A stretch of 63,981 nucleotides of DNA, counting the filler, from an uncultured bacterium (lineage in GTDB: Bacteria > CAYJOG01): the NCBI GenBank assembly GCA_964371695.1. It is 5 parts of 5 records of this genome, joined end to end, with 100 filler letters (N's around TTAATTAATTAA, not from the genome) between each part and the next. Parts side by side here need not be neighbours in the genome. Positions count along the whole stretch, not along the records: positions 26,572 to 39,649 come from CAYJOG010000035.1; positions 39,750 to 52,388 come from CAYJOG010000036.1; 3 more parts are not named here. One strand, written 5' to 3'. The notes beneath the pieces are model-generated. The model ran no database searches, was not told the DNA's origin, and was given only the letters and a program-made list of their open reading frames with translations. A program made the position numbers and the translations under genes. Of this stretch, positions 38,091 to 48,696 are shown one piece after another; the stretch's first letter is position 1; each line of letters starts with the position of its first letter.

Positions 38091-38134
38091 GCCCACCGGC
38101 CAGATAAAAAAACACCTGTCATAATGTTCTGGTT

Positions 38135-38836
38135 GTGAGCGACGGGGCAGCCAGCCGGTTTTGTGGCCAGTGCGGCGAAGCCGTGCGGGCAGCGGGGCAG
38201 AAGTTCTGCGGCGGCTGCGGCGCGGTATTGCCGGGCGTGACCCCCGCTGCGAACCCGACGCCAACCACGGGGGCAGAGCATTTTGACGCCGCCGCAGTGA
38301 TTCAAAACGCCGTGGCGCCCCCCGTGCCAGAGGGTTCAACCCCGGCGGGCCAACCCAAGGGCAACATCAACTGGGACACCTTTCACCGCCAGCCCCTGCC
38401 GCAGCACACCGGCGGCGGCAACACAAAAAATCTGATGGCCATCGCCCTGGTGGCGCTGCTGTTGCTGGTGGGGGGCCTGCTGAGCCGCACCGGCAGGGTC
38501 AAAAGCTGGTTCCAGCCCCCGGACACCAACGAAAACTGGGAAGCAAGCGCCACACAGGCCTGCCGCGGCCACGTCCACGGCTATCTCGACAAACAGAAAA
38601 CCGACCACAACCCGCGCCTGGCCCCCTATCACACGTGGGATCTTTCCGCCTCTGCCGCCACGGTCACGTGGTCAGCAACGCAGAACCTTTTTGATGTGCG
38701 GGGACAGGGCGACCTCATCGTGGCCATCAACAACAACCGCGTGGGCCTGCCCTATGTGTGCCAGTTGGCCAAGATGCAGGCCAACCGCCCAGACGCCGGT
38801 TTCACCCTGCAAAAACTGTGGGTGCAGTTGCCGTAG
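38135..38836 (+). CDS. Zinc-ribbon domain membrane protein
   Basis: FCGQCG...FCGGCG, Pro-rich linker, one TM segment, C-terminal domain. Confidence 0.75.
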   Translation: MSDGAASRFCGQCGEAVRAAGQKFCGGCGAVLPGVTPAANPTPTTGAEHFDAAAVIQNAVAPPVPEGSTPAGQPKGNINWDTFHRQPLPQHTGGGNTKNLMAIALVALLLLVGGLLSRTGRVKSWFQPPDTNENWEASATQACRGHVHGYLDKQKTDHNPRLAPYHTWDLSASAATVTWSATQNLFDVRGQGDLIVAINNNRVGLPYVCQLAKMQANRPDAGFTLQKLWVQLP

Positions 38837-38870
38837 CAGGCACGAACGCCCCCGCCGTTACAATCAGGCC

Positions 38871-39649
38871 ATGGTGGTAACCCGGGAGAGATTATCGGCG
38901 GCCCTGGGGGCGGACACACTGGCGGCCCTGCTGTTGCTGGAAAAACGCCTGGGTCAGCCCCTGTTGCTGGCCGGGGGCACGGCGCGGGACGTGTTGTGCG
39001 GTTATCCTCCCCGCGAGCTGGACCTCAGCACCCCCGCCCGGCCAGAGCGCATCACCCAGGCCCTGGACCAGTGGATAACCGGCGACACCCCCTTTGGCGT
39101 GTTCACGTTGCGGGTGAACGAAACCACTGTGGAACTGGCGGCGCAGCGCACCGACGGCCCCTATGACGATCACCGCCGCCCCGCCTGGGTGCGGTTTGCA
39201 GGCATCGAAGAAGACACCGCCCGGCGCGACTTCACCCTCAACGCGCTTTATGTGCCTCTGGATTGCGGCGAGGTGGTGGACCTGTGCGGCGGTCTGGCAG
39301 ACCTGCGCGCCCGGCGCATCAACATGGTGGGGCCGGTGGCGCGGCTGGGTGAAGACCACGTGCGGCCCATTCGTCTGGTGCGGTTTTTGGCGCGCCTGGA
39401 ATTTGAGGCAGACCCGGCGCTGGTGCAGGCGGCCAAAGATTTCGCCGCCGAAAAAAAGCATCTGTCTTTGAGCGGCCAGCGGTGGTTCATGGAGATCAAC
39501 CATTTTTTCAGCGGCGGCGGCGCGGCCAGGGCTTTTGAACTGCTGGACGAGTGGGGATTGCTGCAGGGCGTGCTGCCCGAAGTGGCCGCCATGCGGGGCG
39601 TGGAACAGGGGCCGCCCCACCACCCCGAAGGCGACGTGTGGGTACACAC
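38871..39649 (+). CDS. CCA-adding enzyme / poly(A) polymerase family nucleotidyltransferase, 3'-truncated
   Basis: AGGTARD...ELDL, DTARRDFTLNAL, EDHVRPIRLVRF, HHPEGDVWVH. Confidence 0.9.
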
Positions 39650-39749
39650 NNNNNNNNNNNNNNNNNNNNNNNNNNNNNNNNNNNNNNNNNNNNTTAATTA
39701 ATTAANNNNNNNNNNNNNNNNNNNNNNNNNNNNNNNNNNNNNNNNNNNN
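39650..39749. other. Artificial contig-join linker
   Basis: N-run/TTAATTAATTAA/N-run. Confidence 0.98.
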
Positions 39750-39750
39750 G

Positions 39751-42700
39751 TTCACCCCCGCGCAACCCCTGCGCAAAAACACCCGTTATGAAATCACCCT
39801 TTCCCCCCCCCTCAAGTCTCTCAGCGGAAAAACCCTTGCGCCCTCTGGCCCCTATGCCTTTGAGACACAGCACCTGAAGGTGGTGGACTTCTGGGGTCGC
39901 GTCAGCCCCCTGGTTGACCCGGAAGACTATGACCCGCCAGTTTCCAACGACGGGCCGTTTTTTGTGCGCTTCAACCAGCCGGTGAACCCCGAAGCCCTGC
40001 GCCCGCTCCTGAGCATCGACGGCAAGCCGGTGAAAAACCTGGAAGTGGCCCAAAAGGGCGAAGGCAGCGATGGGACCGGCGCGCTGGTGCTCAAAATGTC
40101 GCCCGCCGACACGCTGCCCATGGGAGCAAAGGTTGATCTGGTGGTGCAGGAAGGCCAGTTTGGCCTGGAAGGCCCCCTGCCCATGTTGGGCGGCCATTCC
40201 CAAAGCGTGAGCACTCCTGAGCCTTTTGGCTTCACTTTTTCAACACCGGACACCAGTTATTGCGAAACGGGGTTTTCTATTTATGCAACCCGTCTGGTGA
40301 CAGAAAAAGAACTGCTGGCGCACCTGACAGTGGATCCCCCCGCCCCATCCAGCGGTGTGCGCGCCGAGCAAAAACCCCGCGAGGAGTTCCACGCCCTGTT
40401 CAATTTTGCGGCGGGCCAAACCTATAAAGTCACCCTGACGCCGGGACTGCGGGCCGAGACGGGCGAAACCCTGACGGGGGCGATTTCTGTTTCCTTTGCT
40501 GTGCCCAACGGCCTGCCCATCGTGGGGTTCCGCGCCCCCAACATGATTCTGGAACCGGCTTGGCGCGACACAGTGGCGCTGATGCAGCAAAACCTTGGCC
40601 CCATCACCCTGTGGGCCGCGCCCCTGAGTGTGGAAGACCTCATCACGTGGTGGGAAAAGGAAAAGTGGCCCAAAAACTATCAGCGCCACGCCGCCCCGGC
40701 GTCGGCTGCCCTGAACGCGTTTTCCCGCGAGCCGCTTGAGCTGCCCCCGTGGCAGCCGGGGCAGGCCCAACTGGTTCAGGCCGAGGCCCCGCCCGCCCTG
40801 GGGGCCTGCGAGATAAAAGACGACCAGAACAGCAAACCCAAAAACTATCAGGACACCACCGTTCTGCAGTCCAGCAATCTGGCCATCACCACCAAGCTTT
40901 CACCCACCGGCGCGACAGTTTGGGTCACCCACCTCAAAGACGGTCAACCAGCGGCAGGGGCCAAGGTGTCGGCCCTGGGGCAAATGGGCGAACCCATCAC
41001 CAAAGCCCAGACAGGCAAAGACGGCGTGGCGTGGCTGCCGCTTAAACCCAACACCGACGAAGACGTGCGTTATGTCGTGGCCGAAAAAGGCCAGGACCGG
41101 CTGGTGAGCAAGGCGGACTGGACCGAAGGCATCCGGTCTTATGAATGGAACCTGAGCGACTGGCGTGTGCCCGAAGGTGAAGCCGAGGGGCATTTTGTGC
41201 TGGAGCGCGACCTGTACCGCCCCGGCGAAACGGTGCGCTACGCCCTCATCCTGCGCCAGCGCCACGGCAACGACCTGAAAACCCGGGCCGGTTTCCCCGT
41301 GGAACTACGCATCACCAGCCCCGATGGCGAGCGTCTGGCCACACAAAAACTCAAAACCGATGCCTTTGGTCTGGTGAGCGGCCAGTTCGCCGCCACGGGA
41401 AACCTGGAGGGTTATCTTTCCATCGAAGCCACGGCGGACGACAAGTGGGTGGCCAGCACCGGTGTGCGCATCACCAGCTTCCGCCCCATCGCCTTTGAAA
41501 CCCTGGTGGACGCCCCCACCGACGCCGCCTGGAACAAACCGGTGAAGGCGGCCATCTCGGTGCGTTATCTGGCGGGCGCGCCCATGGGTGACGGCCCGGT
41601 GGAAACCTCACTCACCCGCCAGCCCGGCGTGTTTGTTGACCCCGATGGCGAGGACTATTCCTATGTCACCTGGGCTTGGTGGGAAGACCCCTATCTCGAA
41701 GGTCAGTCCAAAACACTCGTACACCAGACCCTGCTCACCAACAGCCAGGGTCAGGCCACGTTCACCTTCACACCCAAACCCGAAAAACCCACCGACCTGC
41801 CCATGGATTACACCCTGGAGGCCACCGGTCAGGACCAGAGTTATCAGCGGGTCAGCGCCCGGCGGGTGGTGCGCGTGCATCCCGGCCCGGCCTATGTGGG
41901 CCTGCGGCTGAAAGACTGGTTTTTGCAGGCGGGCGACCCCCTCCTGCCCCAGCTCAAGGTGGTCAGCCCCCAGGGCAAACGGCTGAAAAACCAGAAGGTC
42001 ACCGTGCGCCTGGAGCGCGTCAGTTATGACCTGGTAAAAACCCTCAGCGACTGGGGCGAAGTGGAATATGTCTCCAAAGAAAATGTGACACCGGCGGGCA
42101 GTTGCACCACCACGGCGGACTCCTGCAAGCTGCGCCCCACACAAGCGGGTGAATATCGTGTCATCGCCCAGGTGGGCGAAAAAGGTCAGCAGCACCGGTC
42201 TTCAGCCTGGGTGTATGTGTTTGGAAAAGACACCGACCAGACCTGGGCGGCCCCCCGACACAACCGCGTGGACATGGTGGCGGACAACAAGGAATACCAT
42301 CCCGGCCAGACCGCCAGCCTCCTTTTCAAAAGCCCCTTCCCCACCGCCAGAGTCCTCATCACGGTGGAGACCAACAAGGTGATCAGCCGCGGTGTGGAAA
42401 CCCTGAAAGGCCCCATGGCGCGCATCCGCATTCCCATCACGCAGGACATGGTTCCCGGCGCTTATGTGTCGGTGTTTGCCGTGCAGGGGCGCACCGGCGA
42501 AAAAATCAGCAACACGGGCGAAGACCTGGGCAAACCCACCTTTCGCATGGGCGTGATCGAACTGCGCGTCAACCCCGAAGGCCGCCGTCTGAAGGTGGCC
42601 CTGTCTCACCCCGCAGCCGTCAAGCCGGGGGCCATGCTGAACGTGAACCTGAAAACCACCGACCACCGGGGAAAACCCTGTGACTGCCAGTTGGCGGTGA

Positions 42701-45033
42701 TGGTGGTGGATGAAGCGGTGCTCAAACTCACGGGTTTTCAGGTGGCCGACCCCATGGCCACTTTTTACCGACCCCAGCCCCACGGCGTGGTCACCAGCAC
42801 CAGCCTGCTGCACGTGGTGGGCCGCGAGCATTACGGCAAAAAAGGCCACAACCCTGGCGGCGACGGCAAAGGCTCCGGCACCGCCAACCTGCGCAGCGAC
42901 TTCCGGCTCAGCGCCTATTTCAACCCCGCCGTGCGCACGGGGCCAGACGGCACGGCCAGCGTGCAGTTCAAATTGCCGGAGTCGCTCTCCAGCTTTCGGG
43001 TGATGGCCGTGGCGCTGAACCGCAAAGACCAGTTCGGCCTGGGCAAAACCAACGTGCGCACCCAGTTGCCGCTGATGGTGCGGGCGGCGCTGCCCAAGTT
43101 CGCCCGGCGCGGCGACGTGCTGGACATCGCCTTTACCGTACAGCAAACCGCTGCCGAGCATCAGCGGGCATCGCTGGACTGGACCATGAAAGGCGGCCAG
43201 TGGCTGGAAGACCCGCCCTCTTCGGTGGAACTCGCCCGTAACACCGCCACCCGTGTGTCGGCCTGGATCAAACCCACCGGCGACAAACTGGAACTCACGC
43301 TGTTGGCCTCGGTGGGGGACAACAAGGATGGCGTGAAAATCAGCGTGCCCATCCGCCCCGGCCTGGAACCCAAGGTGGTGGCCGCCCGCCAGTTGTTCCG
43401 CAAAGAAGGCAAACTGAGTGTGCAACCCTCGGCTTATGTCCACCGTGAGGGTAGCCGCGTCACCGTCACCATCGCACCGCCCCTGGTGGGCAGCCTCTCG
43501 CGGGCGGCGCAATTTCTCGCCCCTTATCCCTATGACTGCCTGGAGCAGCGCACCAGCAAGCTGGAAGCCTATCTGGGCCTCACCGAACTGGAAAAAGTGC
43601 TCGGCCCCTGGCTGAGCAAAACACAGCGCAGCCAGTTCGACAAAGACCTGCACCGCCTGAGTGATTACGCCGCTGAAGACGACAACCTGTGGGCCTTGTG
43701 GCCTAGCGGGGCCAATGGCTCGCCCTATCACACCGCCCGCGCCCTCAACCTGCTTTATTCCGCCCGTCGCCAGGGGCTTTATCACGGCCCGGACCCCAAA
43801 GATCAGGTGAGCGCCCTGTGGAACTGGCTGGACAAGCAGAAAACAAGCAAATCTCCCTGGCCAGAAGGAGAACTGCTGTCGCTCATCGCCGTGCGGCTGT
43901 GGGGAAAACCCCACCAGGCCATGGAAGAAGCCTATGCAGGCGTGGCCAGCTCGGCAGAGGCCCGCAAGGACTACACCATTTACCAGACCCTGGACCTCAT
44001 CGGCCTGCTGCGCCTCACCCAACCAGCCCTGGCGCGCCGGTTGTTTGACCAAACCGTGGCGGACATGCCGCTGCTCAAGGGCCGCAACGCGGCGGGCGCC
44101 CAGGCACTGCGGTGGGACGCCGCCGCCGGATGGTCGTTTTATTGCGGCGGCTGTGAATATGCCAGCCTGCTGGAGCACTTTTTGGCGCAGCGGCCCAAAG
44201 ATCCGCTGACCGACCGCGTGGCCCTCACGTTGCAGGATCACCTCGTGCAGCAGAAATACCTCACCACCTACGAAAGCGCTCGCGCCATTTCGGCCCTGGG
44301 ACTTTACGCCCGCAAAAATCGCAAACAGTTGAAAGCCTTTAACAAGGCCACGGTGCGCGCCGGGGCGATTCCCGTGGCGCTTTCACCCGTGAAGGGCCAG
44401 AAGTTTACGCTGGCCAAAACCGTCACCTTTGCCCCCACCGGCCCCATGCCCTGGAACATGACGGTGAACACCCCCGCCCAAACACCCTTGCTGGCCACGG
44501 CGGTCTACACCATTCAGCGCGGTTTCCACCTTTCCGCCGCCGAAGAAAGCGGCATGGTGCTGGACGTGGAATATGTGGCCCGCAATACACAAAAGGGCCT
44601 GCGCGCAGGGGAGAAAGTGGACATTCAACTGCTCATGGCCTCGCCGGAACTGCGCCATCAGGTGCTGCTTGAAATCCCCCTGCCCTCTGGCGTGGAACCC
44701 ATTGACCTGAGTCTGGCCACCAGCGAACAGGGAGAAGCGCAGTCCGGGCCGGAAGAATATGACTCCTGGTGCGACTGTTACCGCAGCAAAGGCCAGGAAG
44801 GCCAGCGGGCCAATCAGCGGCTCTCGCCCTGGAGCATTGAACACACCGGTTTTTACGACGACAAACTGGCCATTGTGCTACGGGAACTGCCCAAGGGCGT
44901 GAGCACCTATACGCTACCCGCCCTGGCCCTGTCTGCGGGCCGCCTGCAGGTGAGCGAAGCCCAGATCAGCCCCATGTACCTGCCCCACGTCTACGGCCGT
45001 GCGGGCTCACGTTTGTTGACCGTGGAGCGGTAG
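39751..45033 (+). CDS. Bacterial alpha-2-macroglobulin (5'-truncated by contig start)
   Basis: ERDLYRPGETV (MG2), VDEAVLKL, LRSDF, LPESLSSFRVMAVA, thioester motif YPYDCLEQ; frame open from 39751. Confidence 0.93.
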   Translation, partial: FTPAQPLRKNTRYEITLSPPLKSLSGKTLAPSGPYAFETQHLKVVDFWGRVSPLVDPEDYDPPVSNDGPFFVRFNQPVNPEALRPLLSIDGKPVKNLEVAQKGEGSDGTGALVLKMSPADTLPMGAKVDLVVQEGQFGLEGPLPMLGGHSQSVSTPEPFGFTFSTPDTSYCETGFSIYATRLVTEKELLAHLTVDPPAPSSGVRAEQKPREEFHALFNFAAGQTYKVTLTPGLRAETGETLTGAISVSFAVPNGLPIVGFRAPNMILEPAWRDTVALMQQNLGPITLWAAPLSVEDLITWWEKEKWPKNYQRHAAPASAALNAFSREPLELPPWQPGQAQLVQAEAPPALGACEIKDDQNSKPKNYQDTTVLQSSNLAITTKLSPTGATVWVTHLKDGQPAAGAKVSALGQMGEPITKAQTGKDGVAWLPLKPNTDEDVRYVVAEKGQDRLVSKADWTEGIRSYEWNLSDWRVPEGEAEGHFVLERDLYRPGETVRYALILRQRHGNDLKTRAGFPVELRITSPDGERLATQKLKTDAFGLVSGQFAATGNLEGYLSIEATADDKWVASTGVRITSFRPIAFETLVDAPTDAAWNKPVKAAISVRYLAGAPMGDGPVETSLTRQPGVFVDPDGEDYSYVTWAWWEDPYLEGQSKTLVHQTLLTNSQGQATFTFTPKPEKPTDLPMDYTLEATGQDQSYQRVSARRVVRVHPGPAYVGLRLKDWFLQAGDPLLPQLKVVSPQGKRLKNQKVTVRLERVSYDLVKTLSDWGEVEYVSKENVTPAGSCTTTADSCKLRPTQAGEYRVIAQVGEKGQQHRSSAWVYVFGKDTDQTWAAPRHNRVDMVADNKEYHPGQTASLLFKSPFPTARVLITVETNKVISRGVETLKGPMARIRIPITQDMVPGAYVSVFAVQGRTGEKISNTGEDLGKPTFRMGVIELRVNPEGRRLKVALSHPAAVKPGAMLNVNLKTTDHRGKPCDCQLAVMVVDEAVLKLTGFQVADPMATFYRPQPHGVVTSTSLLHVVGREHYGKKGHNPGGDGKGSGTANLRSDFRLSAYFNPAVRTGPDGTASVQFKLPESLSSFRVMAVALNRKDQFGLGKTNVRTQLPLMVRAALPKFARRGDVLDIAFTVQQTAAEHQRASLDWTMKGGQWLEDPPSSVELARNTATRVSAWIKPTGDKLELTLLASVGDNKDGVKISVPIRPGLEPKVVAARQLFRKEGKLSVQPSAYVHREGSRVTVTIAPPLVGSLSRAAQFLAPYPYDCLEQRTSKLEAYLGLTELEKVLGPWLSKTQRSQFDKDLHRLSDYAAEDDNLWALWPSGANGSPYHTARALNLLYSARRQGLYHGPDPKDQVSALWNWLDKQKTSKSPWPEGELLSLIAVRLWGKPHQAMEEAYAGVASSAEARKDYTIYQTLDLIGLLRLTQPALARRLFDQTVADMPLLKGRNAAGAQALRWDAAAGWSFYCGGCEYASLLEHFLAQRPKDPLTDRVALTLQDHLVQQKYLTTYESARAISALGLYARKNRKQLKAFNKATVRAGAIPVALSPVKGQKFTLAKTVTFAPTGPMPWNMTVNTPAQTPLLATAVYTIQRGFHLSAAEESGMVLDVEYVARNTQKGLRAGEKVDIQLLMASPELRHQVLLEIPLPSGVEPIDLSLATSEQGEAQSGPEEYDSWCDCYRSKGQEGQRANQRLSPWSIEHTGFYDDKLAIVLRELPKGVSTYTLPALALSAGRLQVSEAQISPMYLPHVYGRAGSRLLTVER

Positions 45034-45053
45034 TTCATTTTGCATAAGCCTGA

Positions 45054-45462
45054 TGCCCTCTCCCTGAGGGAGAGGGCGGGACAAGGCCGAACGTATGTGA
45101 GGCCGATGTCCGGGTGAGGGGTTTATTCAAGAGCAAAAAACCACTGTTTTTTGGTTTTTTCTCATATTTGACCCCTCACCCGGCGCTACGCGCCGCCCTC
45201 TCCCCATAAAGGGGAGAGGGAACGATGTCGGAGTGTATAAACTTACGAAAAATGGGCTAAACCCCTCACCCGGATGGCTTGGCCTTTTGGGGCCAAGCCA
45301 TCCGACCTCTCCCTCAAGGGGAGAGGTGAAGGACCGCCCCGCTTTTTGATCTACCATTTCCGAAAACGCTCTAGCGTTTTTGGGGTCCAACCTTTCCCCC
45401 TCACCCGCCGAAGGTTTCGCCTTGGCTCAACCTTCGGCTGCCCTCTCCCTCAGGGAGAGGGC
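45054..45462. repeat. Cluster of four family C palindromic units
   Basis: Four CCCTCACCC/GGGTGAGGG plus CCTCTCCC..GGGAGAGG units between convergent genes. Confidence 0.88.
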
Positions 45463-45613
45463 AAAGAAAGGCCATCTTTTCCCGGTTGGACAGAGGGCCG
45501 TCCGCAGGGCGGGGAGTGAGCGCAGAAGATGTTCTGTTGTTTGTTTAACAGACCGGACACGGCACAAAACCGTGCAAAAACTTTTGAAAAATGGACTAAC
45601 GCCTCGCCATCCC

Positions 45614-46291
45614 TCAATCCACAAACCGGTATTTGATCAGCGCCCAGAGCGCCTCGAAAGCGTCTTTGATGCCGATTTTTTTGCCTTCTTCATAACCCCG
45701 TCCGTAATACTGAATGGGCACCTCCACCAGGCGCGCCCCCCGCTTGAGCACCTTGGCCGTGATTTCCGGCTCGAAATTGAAGCGGTTGGACTTGATGTCA
45801 ATGCTTTGCAGAAACTCGCGGCGGAACACTTTGTAACCCGTTTCCATGTCGCTGAGGATGGAGTTGTAAAGAATGTTGGTGAGCAGCGTGAGCGACTTGT
45901 TGGCCACGTAATGCAGAAACATGAAGGCCCGGCCACTGCCTTTGAACCGGCTGCCATACACCACGTCGGCCCGCCCCAGCAGCATGGGGCGCAGCAGCAC
46001 TTCAAAATCGCTGGGGTGATATTCCAGGTCGGCGTCCTGAATCAGCACCAGCTCGCCTTTGGCCTCTTTGAACGCCGTGCGCAGGGCGGCCCCCTTGCCC
46101 TGATTTTTTTCGTGCAGCAGCACCTTCACGCGGGGGTCCGTCACGGTGGCCAGGGCCTCTCGCGTGCCGTCGGTGGAGCCGTCGTCCACAACCACCACCT
46201 CTTTGTCAAACGGCGTGTCCAGCACCGCCTGAATCACCTCCAGGATGGTTTTGTGCTCGTTGAACACGGGAATGACGACGGTGAGCAGCAT
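45614..46291 (-). CDS. Glycosyltransferase family 2 (DPM1-like)
   Basis: VVIPVFNE, VDDGSTDGT, NQGKGAAL, IQDADLEY, DMETGYK. Confidence 0.95.
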   Translation of the reverse strand: MLLTVVIPVFNEHKTILEVIQAVLDTPFDKEVVVVDDGSTDGTREALATVTDPRVKVLLHEKNQGKGAALRTAFKEAKGELVLIQDADLEYHPSDFEVLLRPMLLGRADVVYGSRFKGSGRAFMFLHYVANKSLTLLTNILYNSILSDMETGYKVFRREFLQSIDIKSNRFNFEPEITAKVLKRGARLVEVPIQYYGRGYEEGKKIGIKDAFEALWALIKYRFVD

Positions 46292-46345
46292 GGGGGGTTT
46301 TATCGGCGAAATGGTGTCTCTGAAACAGCCTGAAAGCCAAATAAA

Positions 46346-47761
46346 TCAGTCAGGCAAAATGCCACCCTGGGGCTTGCCGCCCCGCGCAGGGGGAGCCGGG
46401 GGCCGGGTGGGCGTGGTGACGGGCGCGGGCATGACCACCGGCGAAGGGGTCTCGCCCATGGCGCGGATTTCTTCCTGCGCCACCGAAGTGAACGGGTTGG
46501 GTGGGTTCACCAGCCCCTGCAGCACCTTTACTGCGCCTTTTTTGTCGCCGTCTTCCTTCAGCTTGAGCGCCAGATAAAACCGCACGCCGCCCTGTTTATA
46601 GGGGTCGTCCTTGAGCATGGCCACCACCTCGCGCAGGTGCTTGGCCCCATCGGTTTTCTGGCCGTTCTGGAACTCCAGGTCCGCCTGGGCGAACAGCAGC
46701 TTGCCCTGGGTGAGCGGGTCGGTGTTCAGTTCCCGCAGGCGTTCAATCAGTTTCAGCGCACCCGCGTAGTCTTTTTTGGCGGCCTGGGCCTGGGCCACCT
46801 GCATCAGCTCGGTGACAAACCCAAGCTGGTTTTGTGTTTTGTCCAGCAGGGGCAGCACCTTTTCTGTCGCCTTGGCCATGTCGCCCCGCTGGCGGTGAAT
46901 GCGCATTTCATACATCAGCGCCTGCTGGTATTGGGGGTTGGTGTTCAGGTCGATGATGGGCTGCTTTTTGGCTTCCATGTCCTTGTTATAGGCCGCGACT
47001 TTTTCTTCGAGCGTGCTCACCACTTTCAGGGCGTCGTCTTCGCGGCCCACCTGGGTGAGGCTGGGGATCAAACGGTTGAGCAGGTTCAGCGTGATGGGCT
47101 GGCTCAACAGGTCGGGCTGGGCCACCACCTTGTCAAACAGGTCCATCGCTTCGTCGAATCGTTTCTCCTGGGCATAAAGGCTCACCAACTGGTTCACCAC
47201 CGCCCCCTTGAAGGCGGGCAGTTCCACTTCGTCCATCATCTGCAGGAACACCGAAATCTGCTCGTCGGTCTTGCCCATCAGGCCATAAAGATTGGCGATG
47301 TTCTGCATGATGTTGTAACGCTGGTTGGGGTCGGCGGTTTCCTGGGCTGTTTTGTTGTACAGCTCGATGGCCTCGGCTTTTTTGTCTTCCTGCATCAGGC
47401 TGTGGGCCTCCAACTGATAGGCCCGTGTGCGGATGTCGGTGAACAGCGGCCCTTCCAGTTCCTTGGCCAGGTCTTCCATCATGGGAATGGTGGAGCCGGT
47501 CCAGCTCAGGGACAGCAAAAAGTTGTGTTTGACCTGGGCGGACTGGAACTTGCCCCAGGCCACGCGGATTTTCTCGTTGTCTTCGGGTGTGCGGGCCGGG
47601 GGGGTTTTGAAGGCCGCCACCACTGCGGGGTCAGCAACAGGCACCAGTTTTGCCTCGCCCCCGCCCCGTTTGCAGCCTGTATAAAAAGCTGTCGAAGCCA
47701 CGGCCACAAAAGCGGCCAGGAGAAAAACACCTGAAAAGCGACGGTTTTGCATGGACATCAA
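46346..47761 (-). CDS. Exported TPR-repeat protein (possible lipoprotein)
   Basis: Basic-hydrophobic leader ending YTGC; repeated helical TPR-like segments; start overlaps ccmI stop. Confidence 0.75.
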   Translation of the reverse strand: MMSMQNRRFSGVFLLAAFVAVASTAFYTGCKRGGGEAKLVPVADPAVVAAFKTPPARTPEDNEKIRVAWGKFQSAQVKHNFLLSLSWTGSTIPMMEDLAKELEGPLFTDIRTRAYQLEAHSLMQEDKKAEAIELYNKTAQETADPNQRYNIMQNIANLYGLMGKTDEQISVFLQMMDEVELPAFKGAVVNQLVSLYAQEKRFDEAMDLFDKVVAQPDLLSQPITLNLLNRLIPSLTQVGREDDALKVVSTLEEKVAAYNKDMEAKKQPIIDLNTNPQYQQALMYEMRIHRQRGDMAKATEKVLPLLDKTQNQLGFVTELMQVAQAQAAKKDYAGALKLIERLRELNTDPLTQGKLLFAQADLEFQNGQKTDGAKHLREVVAMLKDDPYKQGGVRFYLALKLKEDGDKKGAVKVLQGLVNPPNPFTSVAQEEIRAMGETPSPVVMPAPVTTPTRPPAPPARGGKPQGGILPD

Positions 47762-48696
47762 TACTCCTGTGATCTGGTTTTGGCCTGTTTTTCGAGGGCC
47801 TTGATGAGTGACTGAATTTCGGCGACCTGTTTTTGCAGCAGGTTGTCCTGGGGGTTGGTCTTGAGCCTTTTCGACATGATTGTACTTAAATGACGCAAAA
47901 GCGCCGCTGCCTTTTGTGGTTGTTTTTCTTCATCGGCAAACAGGCGCGCCCGCAGATAGAGCGCCTGCTCAAAATCACCGTCCCGCGCCAGGGCCGCGTC
48001 CAGCGCCACGGCGGCGGCTTCTTTTTCGCCACTCGCAAGCAGCACCATGCCCAGACCCCAAAAAGCCTCGGGGTTTTCGGAGTCCAGACGTGAGGCGGCC
48101 ATGTAGGCGTCTTTGGCCCCCACCGCGTCGCCCAGTTCCAGCAGGGATCGCCCCAGCAGCAATTGGCCCTGCAAGTCGCCGGGTTCTTTTTTCAGACGAT
48201 TCTTCAGGCGGTCCACCATGGCCCGCACCTGGGGGGGCACACCGGCGCGCTCCTGAGCGGCCTGCTGCTGCATTTCTTTCAGTACCTGAGAAAGTTCCCG
48301 GCGGGCGGTTTTCTGCTCACGGTCAAACCGGGCCTGCTGCATCCGGGCCGCCCCCAGACTCACCAGGGCGCACACCAAAAGCAGCCCCATCACCGGGCGA
48401 GAACCAACACCACTTTTTTCGGCTGCGGCCGCTTCAGTCTCCGGCTCTACCAACCGCTGGGGCAGTTCCTTCAGCACAGCCTCCCGCGCCTGGGCGAACT
48501 CCTCGTCATTCAGCTTGCCCGTGGCGTGGTCCAGTTGCAGTTCCTGAATGGTGCTGAGCACGTCGGGGGGCAAGTTGGTCTCCTCACCCGGCCCTGTTTT
48601 GTCTGGGGCCGGTGAGGAAGCCCCCCCCAGAGACCACAACAACACGCCCCCGGCAAAACACACCAGCGCCAGTGTCACGCTCCACCAGAGGGTCAT
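47758..48696 (-). CDS. ccmI: CcmI/CycH-like cytochrome c maturation TPR protein
   Basis: IQELQLDHATGKLNDEEF, LKKEPGDLQGQLLLGR, TPRs; position after ccmH. Confidence 0.8.
   Translation of the reverse strand: MTLWWSVTLALVCFAGGVLLWSLGGASSPAPDKTGPGEETNLPPDVLSTIQELQLDHATGKLNDEEFAQAREAVLKELPQRLVEPETEAAAAEKSGVGSRPVMGLLLVCALVSLGAARMQQARFDREQKTARRELSQVLKEMQQQAAQERAGVPPQVRAMVDRLKNRLKKEPGDLQGQLLLGRSLLELGDAVGAKDAYMAASRLDSENPEAFWGLGMVLLASGEKEAAAVALDAALARDGDFEQALYLRARLFADEEKQPQKAAALLRHLSTIMSKRLKTNPQDNLLQKQVAEIQSLIKALEKQAKTRSQEY

Noticed and set aside
45054-45462. Possible CRISPR array
   Set aside because: Units are degenerate, mixed in orientation, irregularly spaced and dispersed through the window; no cas genes.
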